In this document: piece by piece, positions 11,763 to 23,627 of the stretch
How positions within the stretch are numbered: the stretch's first letter is position 1
How the letters are laid out: every line of letters starts with the position of its first letter
Assembly: GCF_963921235.1 (NCBI RefSeq)
Contig: NC_086118.1
Span: 47,058,001-47,122,000, forward strand
DNA: 64,000 nucleotides
From: Mobula hypostoma
Taxonomy: Eukaryota
Reading direction: 5' to 3'
Made by a program: the position numbers and the translations under genes
Notes under the pieces: model-generated
Told to the model about the DNA's origin: nothing
What the model saw: the letters and a program-made list of their open reading frames with translations, nothing else
Database searches by the model: none

Positions 11763-13560
11763 TCATAGTCATAGTCATACTTTATCGATCCCGAGGGAAA
11801 TTGGTTTTCGTTACAGTTGCACCGTAAATAATTAAATAGTAATAAAACCATAAATAATTAAATAGTAATATGTAAATTATGCCAGATGGACATAAGTCCA
11901 GGACCAGCCTATTGGCTCAGGGTGTCTGACCCTCCAAGGGAGGAGTTGTAAAGTTTGATGGCCACAGGCAGGAATGACTTCCTATGACGCTCTGTGTTGC
12001 ATCTCGGTGGAATGAGTCTCTGGCTGAATGTACTCCTGTGCCCAACCAGACCGTTATATAGTGGATGGGAGATATTGTCCAAGATGGCATGCAACTTGGA
12101 CAGCATCCTCTTTTCAGACACCACTGTCAGAGAGTCCAGTTCCATCCCCACAACATCACTGGCCTTACGAATGAGTTTGTTGATTCCGTTGGTGTCTGCT
12201 ACCCTCAGCCTGCTGCCCCAGCACACAACAGCAAACATGATAGCACTGGCCACCACAGACTCGTAGAACATCCTCAGCATCGTCTGACAGATGTTAAAGG
12301 ACCTCAGCCTCCTCAGGAAATAGAGACAGCTCTGACCCTTCTTGTAGACAGCCTCAGTGTTCTTTGACCAGTCCAGTTTATTGTCAATTCGTATCCCCAG
12401 GTATTTGTAATCCTCCACCATGTCCACACTGACCCCCTGGATGGAAACAGGGGTCACCGGTGCCTTAGCCCTCCTCAGGTCCACCACCAGCTCTTTAGTC
12501 TTTTTCACATTAAGCTGCAGATAATTCTGCTCACACCATGTGACAAAGTTTCCTACTGTAGCCCTGTATTCAGCCTCATCTCCCTTGCTGATGAATCCAA
12601 CTACGGCACAGTCATCTGAAAACTTATGAAGATGACAAGACTCTGTGCAGTAGTTGAAGTCCGAGGTGTAAATAGTGTAGAGAAAGGGAGACAAGACAGT
12701 CCCCCGTGGAGCCTCAGTGCTGCTGATCACTCTGTTGGACACACAGTGTTGCAAGCAGATGTACTGTGGTCTACCAGTCAGGTAATCAAGAATCCATCAC
12801 ACCAGGAAAACATCCACCTGTATTGCTGTCAGCTTCTCCCCCAGCAGAGCAGGGGGGATGGTGTTGAACGCACTGGAGAAGTCAAAAAAACATGACCGTC
12901 ACAGTGCTCGCTGGCTTGTCCAGGTGGGCGTAGACATGGTTCAGCAGTTAGAAGATGGCATCCTCAACTCCTAGTCGGGGCTGGTAGGCGAACTGGAGGG
13001 GATCTAAGTATGGCCTGACCATAGGCCGGAGCAGCTCCAGAGCAAGTCTCTCCAGGGTCTTCATGATGTGGGAGGTCAATGCCACTGTTCTGTAGTCATT
13101 GAGGCTGCTGGGGTGCGGCGTCTTCGGCACAGGGACGAGGCAGGACGTCTTCCACAGAACAGGAACCCTCTGGAGACTCAGGCTCAGGTTGAAGACATGT
13201 TGAAGTACTCCACATATCTGAGGGGCACAGGCTTTGAGCACCCTGGTACTGACACCATCGGGGCGTGCAGCCTTGCTTGGGTTGAGATGTTTCAACTGTC
13301 TTCTCACCTGTTCAGCTGTGAAGCCCACCGTGGTGGTTTCGTGTGGGGAAGGGGTATAGTCATGAGAGCAGGGTGGGGGACTGTGAGGAGGGGTAGGAGG
13401 GGAGAGTGGAATATGTGTTGGTTGGGGGCCAACAACAGGTGAATCATGTGGGGGATGGGCAGGGGCCACAGTGTCAAATCTGTTAAAGAACAGGTTAAGT
13501 TCGTTGGCCCTGTCCACACTGCCTTCAGCTCCTCTGTTGCTAGTTTGCTGGAACCCAGGA
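11763..13560 (-). mobile_element. Rex1/Babar LINE, 5'-truncated, RT region near intact
   Basis: ORFs 12948..13517 (PVLWKTSCLVPVPK..LNDYRTVALTS..DPLQFAYQ) and 11909..12754 (PRGTVLSPFLYTIYT..KFSDD..LQLNVKKTKE); short (ACTATG)n tail at 11763..11780. Confidence 0.9.
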
Positions 13561-13777
13561 TCTCAATAATACTCTAATCACTTTAGATTTATTATTATTA
13601 ATACATATTATGGAGCAATATAATAATTCATATTAATTATACATAATTAATTGAATATAATAAATTAATATTAATGTATTTTCTATTATTTGCATTATGT
13701 GTTGCATAATAAAGTTAAGGAGAAATGTTTGGAGCAACTTGGATTTACCTAATTGGCCAATTAAAAATGGTGACAAT

Positions 13778-13935
13778 ATAGAACCATAGAACACTACAGC
13801 ACAGAAAACAGGCCATTCAGCCCTTCTAGTCTGTGCTGAAACAGTATTCCACTAGTCCCAATGACCTGCATCCAGTCCATAACCCTCCAGACCTCTCCCA
13901 TCCATGTACCTATCCAATTTATTCTTAAAACTTAT
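13778..13935 (-). mobile_element. CR1 LINE 3' tail fragment
   Basis: Reverse complement of a CR1-type end (..gggctgaatggcctgttttctgtgctgtagtgttctatggttctat). Confidence 0.65.
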
Positions 13936-14395
13936 CTTCACTAAGTCTTGATTCATCTCCTATCATAAGCAACCTCACGTTTAAATTCTCTCTTATGTAT
14001 ATGGCTACTTTTCCACCTTTATATTCTTGCCTGTCTTTCCTAAGTACATCCTTTAATATTATATTCATCAACATCCTCTGAGGTCAGCCAGGTTTCAGTT
14101 ATTGCTATTATATCATACTTATATGCATGTGCATATGATTCCAGCTTACTTATTTTATTCTTAATACTTACTTCTTGGATTTATAGAGGCCATCCTTAGA
14201 CTATTACTAATGTTTTTCATCTTAATCTGACCCATTTTTATATTTTTGAAGCCTTTTTATGTCCTACTATGTTATTCTCCACTAAGGTGTTTAAACAGTT
14301 GAGCCTAGCCTGTTCCAAGTTCCCTGCCCACCGTTCCCTAGCCAATGCATGATTTTGGTTGGATTGTGATAATTTTTTTTGAGTTTTTTTAACAG

Positions 14396-14536
14396 GAATG
14401 GTCAACGAACCCCTTGTTTGAAAGAGGAGGCAACAAAAAAGATTCATATTTGGACTTTGATGCCAGACCACAAATGTTAAACAAAAGGTACTCAGTTGTT
14501 CGCGAGGATGGAGTAAAACTTCATGCATTATTGGAG
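14396..14536 (+). CDS. DNAH17: Dynein heavy chain exon 3 in window
   Basis: ttttttaacag acceptor, GTAAAA donor; EWSTNPLFERGGNKKDSYLDFDARPQMLNKRYSVVREDGVKLHALLE; 141 nt; WSxNPLFER and LNKRY are DNAH17-like; absent from ORF track. Confidence 0.87.
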
Positions 14537-16624
14537 GTAAAATAGGAAGTATTCATTGTTTACATTGCCCTTTGTAAATGACCAGCATTGTAGATTGCAG
14601 AAAATTCAGGACTTTTATCTGTTTTGAATGTATTGAAATAGTCAGTGTAAATGTAACAAACGTATGCATGAGGGTTAGCTAAAGATGGAGCAGAGTTGTG
14701 TAGTGATAAAAAGAAGGAAATAGGCATGTTAATGGTATGATTATGTAGTCATTTGCCCTTCCCTTTGGTGCCCCCAGCAAGCTATGTTTGGCTTCCTCAA
14801 TGTGCTGCTTCAGAGCACAATGTATGAAAACACTAGAAGTGTTAACACAACTATGCCAGTTATACCAGTCTCTACATCACTAGCATCTCTAATATTAGCT
14901 CTTTAAATTGTCTGTCAGTCCTACTAGTGGAGCAGGAATATCCTCCAACCAAATAGTAGGGAGATGAAAGTCATTATCTTTAATTTATCTTGCAAATTTC
15001 CATTGCCATGTATTTAATTAAAACAGTGGTGTGCAATCCATTACTCTGAGAGCACTTAACAATATGGATGCTTCGAGCTTTTCCCAGGGCTAAAAAGTCT
15101 AGAAATTAAGAACACAAGCTAAGGAAAATCTGTGAATCATTTAGAACAGTGGTGAATTTCTGTCACTCAGAGATGTAAATATTTTGAATTTCCTATCCAG
15201 GCGAGTTGAGGGTCTTTCAGAGTATAAACCCTGCTACCCACCTATTGACTGCATTCTTTATGTTGATTGATCCAGATTAATTGCACCCTTGGTATCAGAT
15301 ATTAGACTGAGTTTAGCTAAACTTACATGACTGTGAGATCAGTAAGAACTTTTTTTTCCTGTAACATCAACAACTCTGATCTTTAGTTTTTCTGCTCCAG
15401 ACAATTTTTGCTTCATATTACATCAGTATGTATTTTAATATACTGTGTTCTTACCTAACCTGCCTAATTTTACCCTCATGAAGGTATCCAAAATTCTCCT
15501 GAGGATCCATTTATGAAAACTCTGTACATGATGTCTTATATTAGCTCTCAACTAAAGAAACCACAATCTTTATCTTGGTTTTCAAATTCCCCCTGGCCCT
15601 TACATATTTCTTATGTCCTCTACAACTACATTCTCTGATATATTTGTCTGGCTCTTGATCAGCTCAGATTTAAAATATTTTATTTATAAACATGCTTTTA
15701 GGTGTTTTAGACTTTCCCCTTCAAAGTGCTCTACAAATCTTACCTCTATTCAACCTTCGCCCACACCTCAGCGAGTTCCACGTTCGCCATGATGCTGAAC
15801 TCTTCTTCCGCCGGCTCCGTCTTCGAGCCTACTTCTTCAGCAAGGACTCTCCCACCCTCACCTATGACCCCTTCTCCCATCTTCTACCCTCCTCCTCTTC
15901 ATGGACACCCCGCTCTGGTCTTCTGCCAGCTCTGGATCTCTTTATTGCTAACTGCCGATGGGACATCAACCGTTTCAACTTTACCACACCTTGTTCCCAT
16001 TCCAACCTCACTCCTTTGGAGCGCTCTGCTCTCCACTCCCTCTGCACTAATACTAACCTTACTATAAAACCTGCCAATAAGGAGGGGTGCTGTTGTAGTC
16101 TGGTGTACTGACCTCTACCTTGCCAAGGCACAGTGACAACTCGCGGATACCTCCTCTTATTTACCCCTCGATCATGACCCCACTAAGGAGCACCAGGCCA
16201 TTGTCTCCCACACTATCACCAGCTTTATCCGCTCAGGGGACTCCCATCCATTTCTACCAACCTTATAGTTCCCACATCCCGCACTTCCCGTTTCTACCTC
16301 CTGCCCAAGATCCACAAACCTGCCTGTCCAGGTAGACCTATTGTCTCAATTTGCTCCTGCCCCACCGAACTCATTTCTGCATACCTCGACACTGTTTTAT
16401 CCCCCTTGTTCAATCACTTCCTACCTATGTTCTCACGCTTTGAAATTTTTCGATGATTTTAAGTTCCCTGGCCCCCACCGCTTTATTTTCACCATGGATG
16501 TCTAGTCCCTATATACTTCCATCCCCCACCAGGAAGGTCTCAAAGCTCTCCACTTCTTTTTGGATTAGATCTAACCAGTTCCCCTTTACCACCACTCTGC
16601 TCCGTCTAGTGGAATTAGTCCTTA

Positions 16625-16936
16625 AAGGCATCCATTAGTCTTGCGAGACCATGGATCTGTGCCTGGAAAGTCTTCACTCTCCAGGGCGCAGGCCTGGGCA
16701 AGGTTGTATGGAAGACCAGCAGTTGCCCATGCTGCAAGTCTCCCCTCTCCACGACACCAATGTTGTCCAAGGGAAGGGCATTAGGACCCATACAGCTTGG
16801 CACCAGTGTCGTCGCAGAGCAATGTGTGATTAAGTGTCTTGCTCAAGGACACAACACATGTTGCCTTAGCTGGGGCTCGAACTCACGACCTTCAGGTCGC
16901 TAGTACAATGCCTTAACCACTTGGCCACATGCCCAC
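16625..16936 (-). mobile_element. tRNA-derived SINE (CORE-like body) inserted in Penelope RT
   Basis: 12-bp TSD AATTAGTCCTTA at 16613..16624 and 16937..16948; minus-strand A box TGGCCAAGTGG, B box GAGTTCGAGCC, then GTGTCCTTGAGCAAGACACTTAA. Confidence 0.9.
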
Positions 16937-18393
16937 AATTAGTCCTTATTCTCAATAATTTCTCCTTTGGCTCCTCCCACTTCCTCCAAACTAAAGGGGT
17001 AGCCATGGGCACCCATATGGGTCCCAGCTATGCCTGCCTTTTTGTTGGCTTTGTGGAACAATCCACGCTCCAAACCTATACTGGTATCTGTCCCCCAGTT
17101 TTCCTTCGCTGCATCAACGACTGCATTGGCGCTGCTTCCTGCATGCATGCTGAGCTCATTGACTTCATTAACTTTGCCTCCAACTTTCACCCTGCCCTCA
17201 AGTTTACCTGGTCCATTTCCAACACCTCCCTCCCCTTTCTAGATCTTTCTGTCTCTATCTCTGGAGACAGCTTATCTACTGATGTCGACTATAAGCCTAC
17301 GGACTCTCACAGCTATCTGGACTATTCCTCTTCTCACCCTGTCTCTTGCAAAAATGCCATCCCCTTCTCGCAATTCCTCCGTCTCCGCCGCATCTGCTCT
17401 CAGGATGAGGCTTTTCATTCCAGGATGAAGGAGATGTCCTCCTTTTTTAAAGAAAGGGGCTTCCCTTCCTCCATCATCAACTCTGCTCTCAAATGCATCT
17501 CTCCCATTTCATGCACATCTGCTCTCACCCCATCCTCCCGCCACTCCACTAGGAATAGGGTTCCCCGTGTCCTCATCTACCACCCAACCTGCCTCCGGGT
17601 CCAACATATAATTGTCCGTAACTTCCGCCACCTCCAACGGGATCCCACCACCAAGCACGTCTTTCCCTCCCCCCCCTGCTTTCCGCAGGGATCACTCCCT
17701 ACGCGACTCCGTTGTTCATTCGTCCCCCCCATCCCTCTCAACTGATCTCCCTCCCGGCACTTATCCTTGTAAGCGGAACAAGTTCTACACATTCCCTTAC
17801 ACTTCCTCCCTCACCACCATTCAGGGCCCAGACAGTCCTTCCAGGTGAGGCGACACTTCACCTGTGAGTCGGCTGGGGTGATATACTGCGTCCGGTGCTC
17901 CAGATGCGGGCTTTTATATATTGGCGAGACCCAACGCAGACTGGGAGACTGCTTCACTGAACACCTACGCTCTGTCCGCCAGAGAAAAGCAGGATCTCCC
18001 CGTGACCACACATTTTAATTCCATGTCCCATTCCCATTCTGATATGTCTATCCACGGCCTCCGCTACTGTAAAGATGAAGCCACACTCAGGCTGGAAGAA
18101 CAACACCTTATATTCCATCTGGGTAGCCTCCAACCTGATTGTGTGAACACTGACCTCTAACATCCGTTAATGCCCCACCTCCCCCTCGTACCCCTTCCGT
18201 TATTGCCCATCCTCTGGGCTACCCCCTCCCCCTTTCTTTCTCCTTGGGCCTCCCGTCCCATGATCCTCTCATATCCCTTTTGCCAATCAACCGTCCAGCT
18301 CTTAGCTTCATCCCTCCCCATCCTGTCTTCTCCTATCATTTTGGATCTCCCCCCCTCCCTCTTTCAAATCTCTTACTAGCTCTTCTTTCAGTT

Positions 18394-18429
18394 AGTCCTG
18401 ATGAAGGGTCTCAGCCCGAAACGTCGACT
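18394..18429 (+). ncRNA. Minimal type I hammerhead ribozyme motif (Penelope tail)
   Basis: AGTC-CTGATGA-A-GGGT(CTCA)GCCC-GAAA-CG-TC-GACT: stem I AGUC/GACU, core CUGAUGA/GAAA, palindromic ACGU stem III, GUC cleavage triplet. Confidence 0.8.
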
Positions 18430-18754
18430 GTACCTCTTCCTATAGATGTGTGTTGCTGTCTATTATCAACCTATTGATCACCTTCTGTCTCAGTATCAAA
18501 TTTTAATATAATGGTCCTGACTAACACTTTGTAACATTTTGTTATAAAAAAAAGTACTGTGTGGATACAAATTCTTTCTATTTTTTCAATGCTAAGATTG
18601 TTTCTGATTTCTGATGTAAAATGAATAATATAGATATCAAATCACATTAATGACTTAGTAATGAATGATTACAAAATTTGCAGATGATGCTTAAATTGCC
18701 GGCAGTGCCAATAGTTGGTAAGATAGTCTAAGGCTACAGAATGATATGATCAGC

Positions 18755-19405
18755 TATTCAAAGTTAAAGTTCAAAGTAATTTTATTATCAGAGTACATAC
18801 ATGTCACCACATACAGCCCTGAGATTCTTTTGCCTGCGGGCATACTCAGCAGGCCTATAAAATAGTAACTATAAACAGGATCAATGAAAGAGCAAGTATA
18901 GCATGGAAGACAACAAACTATGTAAATGCAAACATAAATAAATAGCATCAAATAATGAGAGCATGAAATAACAAGGTAAAGAGTCCTTAAAGTGAGATCT
19001 TTGGTTGTGGGAACATCTCATAGATGAGTGTAGTTATCCTCTTTTGTTCAAGAGCCTGATGGTTGAGGGGTAGTAACTGTACTTGAACAAGGTAGTGCGA
19101 GTACTGAGGCATGTTTACCTTATACCTGATGGTAGCAGCAAGAAAAGAGCATGGCGTGGTTGATGAGGGTCTATGATGATGGATGCTGCTTTCCTACGAC
19201 AACATTTCATGTAGATATGCTCAATGGTTGGGAGGGCTTTACCTGTGATGTACTGGCCTATTTCACTACCTTTTGTAGGATTTTCCATTTAAAGGCATTG
19301 GTGTTCTCATACCAGGCTGTAATGCATCTAGTCAATATGCTTTCCACGACGCATTTATAGAAGTTTGTCAAATTTTTTGATATCATTATTAAATTTTGCG
19401 GAACG
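18755..19405 (-). mobile_element. Rex1-type LINE 3' end inserted in a degraded + strand CR1 (KFADD at ~18672, continuing ~19410..19780)
   Basis: ORF 19258..19449 NFYKCVVESILTRCITAWY; (TTTGAA)-like tail at 18755..18780. Confidence 0.65.
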
Positions 19406-20035
19406 AGGTGACGAATTGAGTTTAAACCAATAAGCATGAGGTGATACATTTTTTGGAGAGATCTAATAAAGGTAGAATGTAGGATATGAATGGTAGGACC
19501 TTAGGGAGTATTGAGGAATAAGGTTGAAAATAGCAGCACATGTAGTTGTGGAGTAGAAGGCATGCAGGGTGCTTGCTTTAACTAGCTGAGTTATAAAATA
19601 TAAGAGCAGGGAAGTCTTGGTACAACTTTATAAAATATTGGTTAAACTTCAGCTGGACAAGTGTGTGCGTTTCTGGTCACCATATTATAGGACAGCACGT
19701 GGTTGCTCTGGAAGAGGAGAAATGTTTCATTGATGAAGAGTGACTGCTTAGGCTAGGTTATATTTCTCGACAGCAAAGAGAATCCAACCTCATTTGATAA
19801 AAGGGAGTCATTAATGGCAAACAGAAGGCTTAGATCTTTGCAAAATTAATCATTTTACTTTCTTCACTTTCAAATGCAAGATTATGATTTTGGCCACTAA
19901 ATTCAGGCATCCCAAGGACTTCAGAAAACACCACAAATATGTTACCCTTCTCAGTACACAGACAACAGTTCTTCAGAAAAGTGATTGAATAATTGTATTA
20001 TACAAATAACAGATTTTAACTTATTCTGTTTTCAG

Positions 20036-20179
20036 GAAAATAGAATTCTTTTTAAGGCTGAAGAAAAATCTTCAAGTTGGGAGAAATATGTGAATTATGT
20101 AGATAAGATGGTTGTAGATGGCTTCCATGCAGTGGTCTTTAAGTCTCTACGATTTCTTCTCCACAACATGGAAAGTGAG
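20036..20179 (+). CDS. DNAH17: Dynein heavy chain exon 4 in window
   Basis: ttttcag acceptor, GTTTGT donor; ENRILFKAEEKSSSWEKYVNYVDKMVVDGFHAVVFKSLRFLLHNMESE; 144 nt. Confidence 0.85.
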
Positions 20180-20964
20180 GTTTGTAGTACTGAAGTTGAC
20201 TCACAGAGAAGCTTAAGTATACTTATTCAAAATCATATGAAAATAGCTATATACACAATACAGCAAAATTCAAGAACAGAAGAATTATGAGTAACATTTA
20301 AGATGGTTTTCCTCTTTTGATAAATATCAGTGTCAATTGAATATGACAAGCCTCAGCTGTGATACCCAGCAATCAGATATTTGGGTTCTGTGTATTATGA
20401 TCCTTTTGTAAGGTATGCCTACTTAAGTGAGGTTTTGGAGGTGATATAATTTGTATGCATATTCAGTGTTGTGAGCATGTTCAGCATGGATGCACATAGA
20501 TTCAGATATACTTAAAATTATAAATACTTATAAATTTAAAATATAATTTTCTCTACACAGTCTGAGAAAGTTGTATTTTAAATTTGTAAAAAATGAATAT
20601 TTGTCCAGTAGAAGCTGAGAAAGGAGAATTAATAATGAGGAGCAAGAAAATGGCAGAGACGTAAAACAAATATTTGGTATCTGTTTACATGATAAGAGCA
20701 CAAAAGGCATTCTAAAACTAATTGGGGATTGGGGCAAAATAGAGGAAGAAAATTAAAATGATCACTATCAATAGTGAATTTGTGAGTTAGTGAGAATATT
20801 GTAATTTTTAGTGAGATTTTGAGGGTGTCCTTGAACTTGTAAAGTCGCAATTTAAAACAGTTTAACAGTTTTCAGTATATATGCAACAGTAGCAATTCTT
20901 CTTCCAAGGCTGCTAGTTCTCAGTTTTTGAAGCTAAATTACCTTCTGATATTTTGGATCCCTAG

Positions 20965-21147
20965 GCTCATGTTACCCCACTGTTTGAAATACGTCTCGAG
21001 CTCACAGAGTCCGACATCGATTATCGTCCAACTTTAGGAATAGGCAGTGAATTCTATATGCTCATAGAAAATTTGATGAATGACGTCTATAAACTTGTAG
21101 GCCTCGTACCACGCTTAGCAAAACATAGTTCTCGGAAAAAGTATCAG
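20965..21147 (+). CDS. DNAH17: Dynein heavy chain exon 5 in window
   Basis: ccctag acceptor, GTGAGA donor; AHVTPLFEIRLELTESDIDYRPTLGIGSEFYMLIENLMNDVYKLVGLVPRLAKHSSRKKYQ; 183 nt. Confidence 0.87.
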
Positions 21148-22069
21148 GTGAGACCATAAAGGAGAGTAATTTCATGTGCTTTATTTGAAATTTTTTAAAC
21201 TATATAATATTTATTTTTTTAGTGGCATTCTTTTTGGAAAGGATAAATTTTATTCTCCAAATATGTCCTGACATATTGGGTAAAAATAAAAAAAAGTACT
21301 CATTTTTAAATTAGTACAATGTTGTAATTTTATTTCCTTAGAATTTAATTTTGCTCCCATTTTAATAGAGGTAAAAGTCATCAATTCTGCTCATCAGTTC
21401 AGTCATTATTTTGTTAAGTTTGTTGAAGACCATTAACTTCCTGGGAGGCAAACTGATGTATATAATATGAAGCAGAATATCCAAAAAAACCACATATGGA
21501 CAATCTGAAATAAAAACCAAAAGTGCTGGAGATACTTGAGCTGTGAAGCAACATCTACACAGAGAAGCAAAGTTTCAACAACACTTTTGAAGTGGGAAAA
21601 GGGAGAAAATAAGCTGCAAAATAAGGGAGAGGAGTTGAAAGTATACAAGTGGGATGTTTGTGATAGGATGGTGACCTAGAGAAACCAAATGATGCAAATC
21701 CTGTCTTGAGAGAAGATGTTAAAGTTAATTATGGCTAACTATAGATGTTAAAGTGAATTGTCTGTGTGTTATTATGTGTGCATAGTAAAGAACTTCAGTT
21801 CCCAGTAAGCAATACGAGGGATTCACTGGAAGCTACAATAGTGACCGGGTTGCACGTGCATGGGGTTGAGCAGCAGCTCAGTAATAAAATACTTGAATGT
21901 AAACCCACACCAAGTTTGTCTTTATTAAGAACAAACATACTATGGTGTCAGAGGATAGTGCGATGTCTTAACATGGAGGGTAAATGAATACTGTGCGTGA
22001 CTAAGAAAGAGACTGCATGAGTACGAAAGATGCTAGCAGCGAATGATGGAGAGAAGCTGGCCACAGTTT

Positions 22070-22565
22070 GAAGTAAATTTATTATCAAAGTACATATATG
22101 TCACCATATACAACACTGAGATTCATTTTCCTGCGTGCGTACTGTAAGAAGATCAATGAAAGATCAACTGAAGTGCAGAAGACAACAACTGTGCAAATGC
22201 AAATATAAATAAATAGCAATAAATAATAAGAACATGAAATAACAAGATAAGGAGTCCTTCAAGTGAGAATTGATTATGGGAACATCTCAATGGATGGGCA
22301 AGTGAGTATAGTTCACCCCTTTGTTCACGCCTGATGGTTAGAAGGTAGTAACTGTTCTTGAACCTGGTGGTGCGAGTCCTGAGGCTCTTGTACCTTCTAC
22401 CTTGATGGTAGCAGCAAGGAAGGAATGCATGACCTGGGTGGTGAGGACCTCTGATGACGGATGCTGCTTTCATGGCCAAATCTCCTACCTTTTGTAGGAT
22501 TTTCTGTTTAAAGTCATTGGTGTTTCTATACTAGGCCATGATGCATCCAGTTAATACACTCAAAA
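22070..22565 (-). mobile_element. Rex1-type LINE 3' end nested in Gypsy 5' UTR
   Basis: ORF 22153..22479 HPGHA..GRRYKSLRTRTTRFKNSYY; similar to 18755..19300. Confidence 0.7.
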
Positions 22566-22679
22566 TTTTAGATGTACAGTAAGGCAAGGGAGCACATTGT
22601 TCCCAAAGTTAAGCAGTCACCAGATTCATCAAGGGAGATTCAGGCAAGAGACCTAGAGTTCCTGTCATGGATAAGCTAC

Positions 22680-23627
22680 TTTGCATGATTTTTATTAATG
22701 ACCTAGATGTGGGGGTAGAAGGGTGGGTTGGCAAGTTTGCAGACGACACAAAGGTTGGTGTTGTGGGTAGTGTAGAGGATTGTCGAAGATTGCAGAGAGA
22801 CATTGATAGGATGCAGAGGTGGTCTGAGAAGTGGCAGATGGAGTTCAACCTGGAGAAGTGTAAAGTGGTACACTTTGGAAGGACAAACTCCAAGGCCGAG
22901 TACAAAGTAAGTGGCAGGATACTTGGTAGTGTGGAGGAGCAGAGGGATCTGGGGGTACATGTCCACAGATCCCTGAAAGTTGCCTCACAGGTGGATAGGG
23001 TAGTTAAGAAAGCTTATGGGGTGTTAGCTTTCATAAGTCGAGGGATAGAGTTTAAGAGTCGCGATGTAATGATGCAGCTCTATAAAACTCTGGTTAGGCC
23101 ACACTTGGAGTACTGTGTCCAGTTCTGGTCGCTTCACTATAGGAAGGATTTGGAAGCATTGGAAAGGGTACAGAGGAGATTTACCAGGATGCTGCCTGGT
23201 TTAGAAAGTATGGATTATGATCAGAGATTAAGGGAGCTAGGGCTTTACTTTTTGGAGAGAAGGAGGATGAGAGGAGACATGATAGAGGTATACAAGATAT
23301 TAAGAGGAATGGATAGAGTGGATAGCCAGTGCCTCTTCCCTAGGGCACCACTGCTCAATACAAGAGGACATAGCTTTAAGGTAAGGGGTGGGAAGTTCAA
23401 GGGGGATATTAGAAGAAGGTTTTTTACTCAGAGAGTGATTGGTGTGTGGAATACACTGCCTGAGTCAGTGGTGGATGCAGATACACTCGTGAAATTTAAG
23501 AGACTACTAGACAGGTATATGGAGGAATTTAAGGTGGGGGTTTATATGGGAGGCAGGGTTTGAGGGTCGGCACAACATTCTGGGCCGAAGGGCCTGTACT
23601 GTGCTGTACTATTCTATGTTCTATGTT
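22680..23627 (+). mobile_element. Young CR1 LINE, 5'-truncated, open RT C-terminal frame
   Basis: IFINDL..KFADDTK..WQMEFN.EKC..LYKTLVRPHLEYCVQFWS..RRRMRGDMIEVYK..FFTQRV; (TTCTATG)n tail. Confidence 0.92.

Larger units (their letters stand above)
15753..18459 (+). mobile_element. Penelope-like element (RT + GIY-YIG), disrupted, interrupted by a SINE
   Basis: RT motifs [39 protein letters not shown] (dead YIDD), LPFLD, YKPTD; GIY-YIG VIYC..C..CGLLYIGET; hammerhead-bearing tail. Confidence 0.9.

Noticed and set aside
16860-16936. Possible tRNA gene on minus strand
   Set aside because: tRNA-like head is continuous with a SINE body and flanked by a TSD; no T-run terminator or convincing full cloverleaf.
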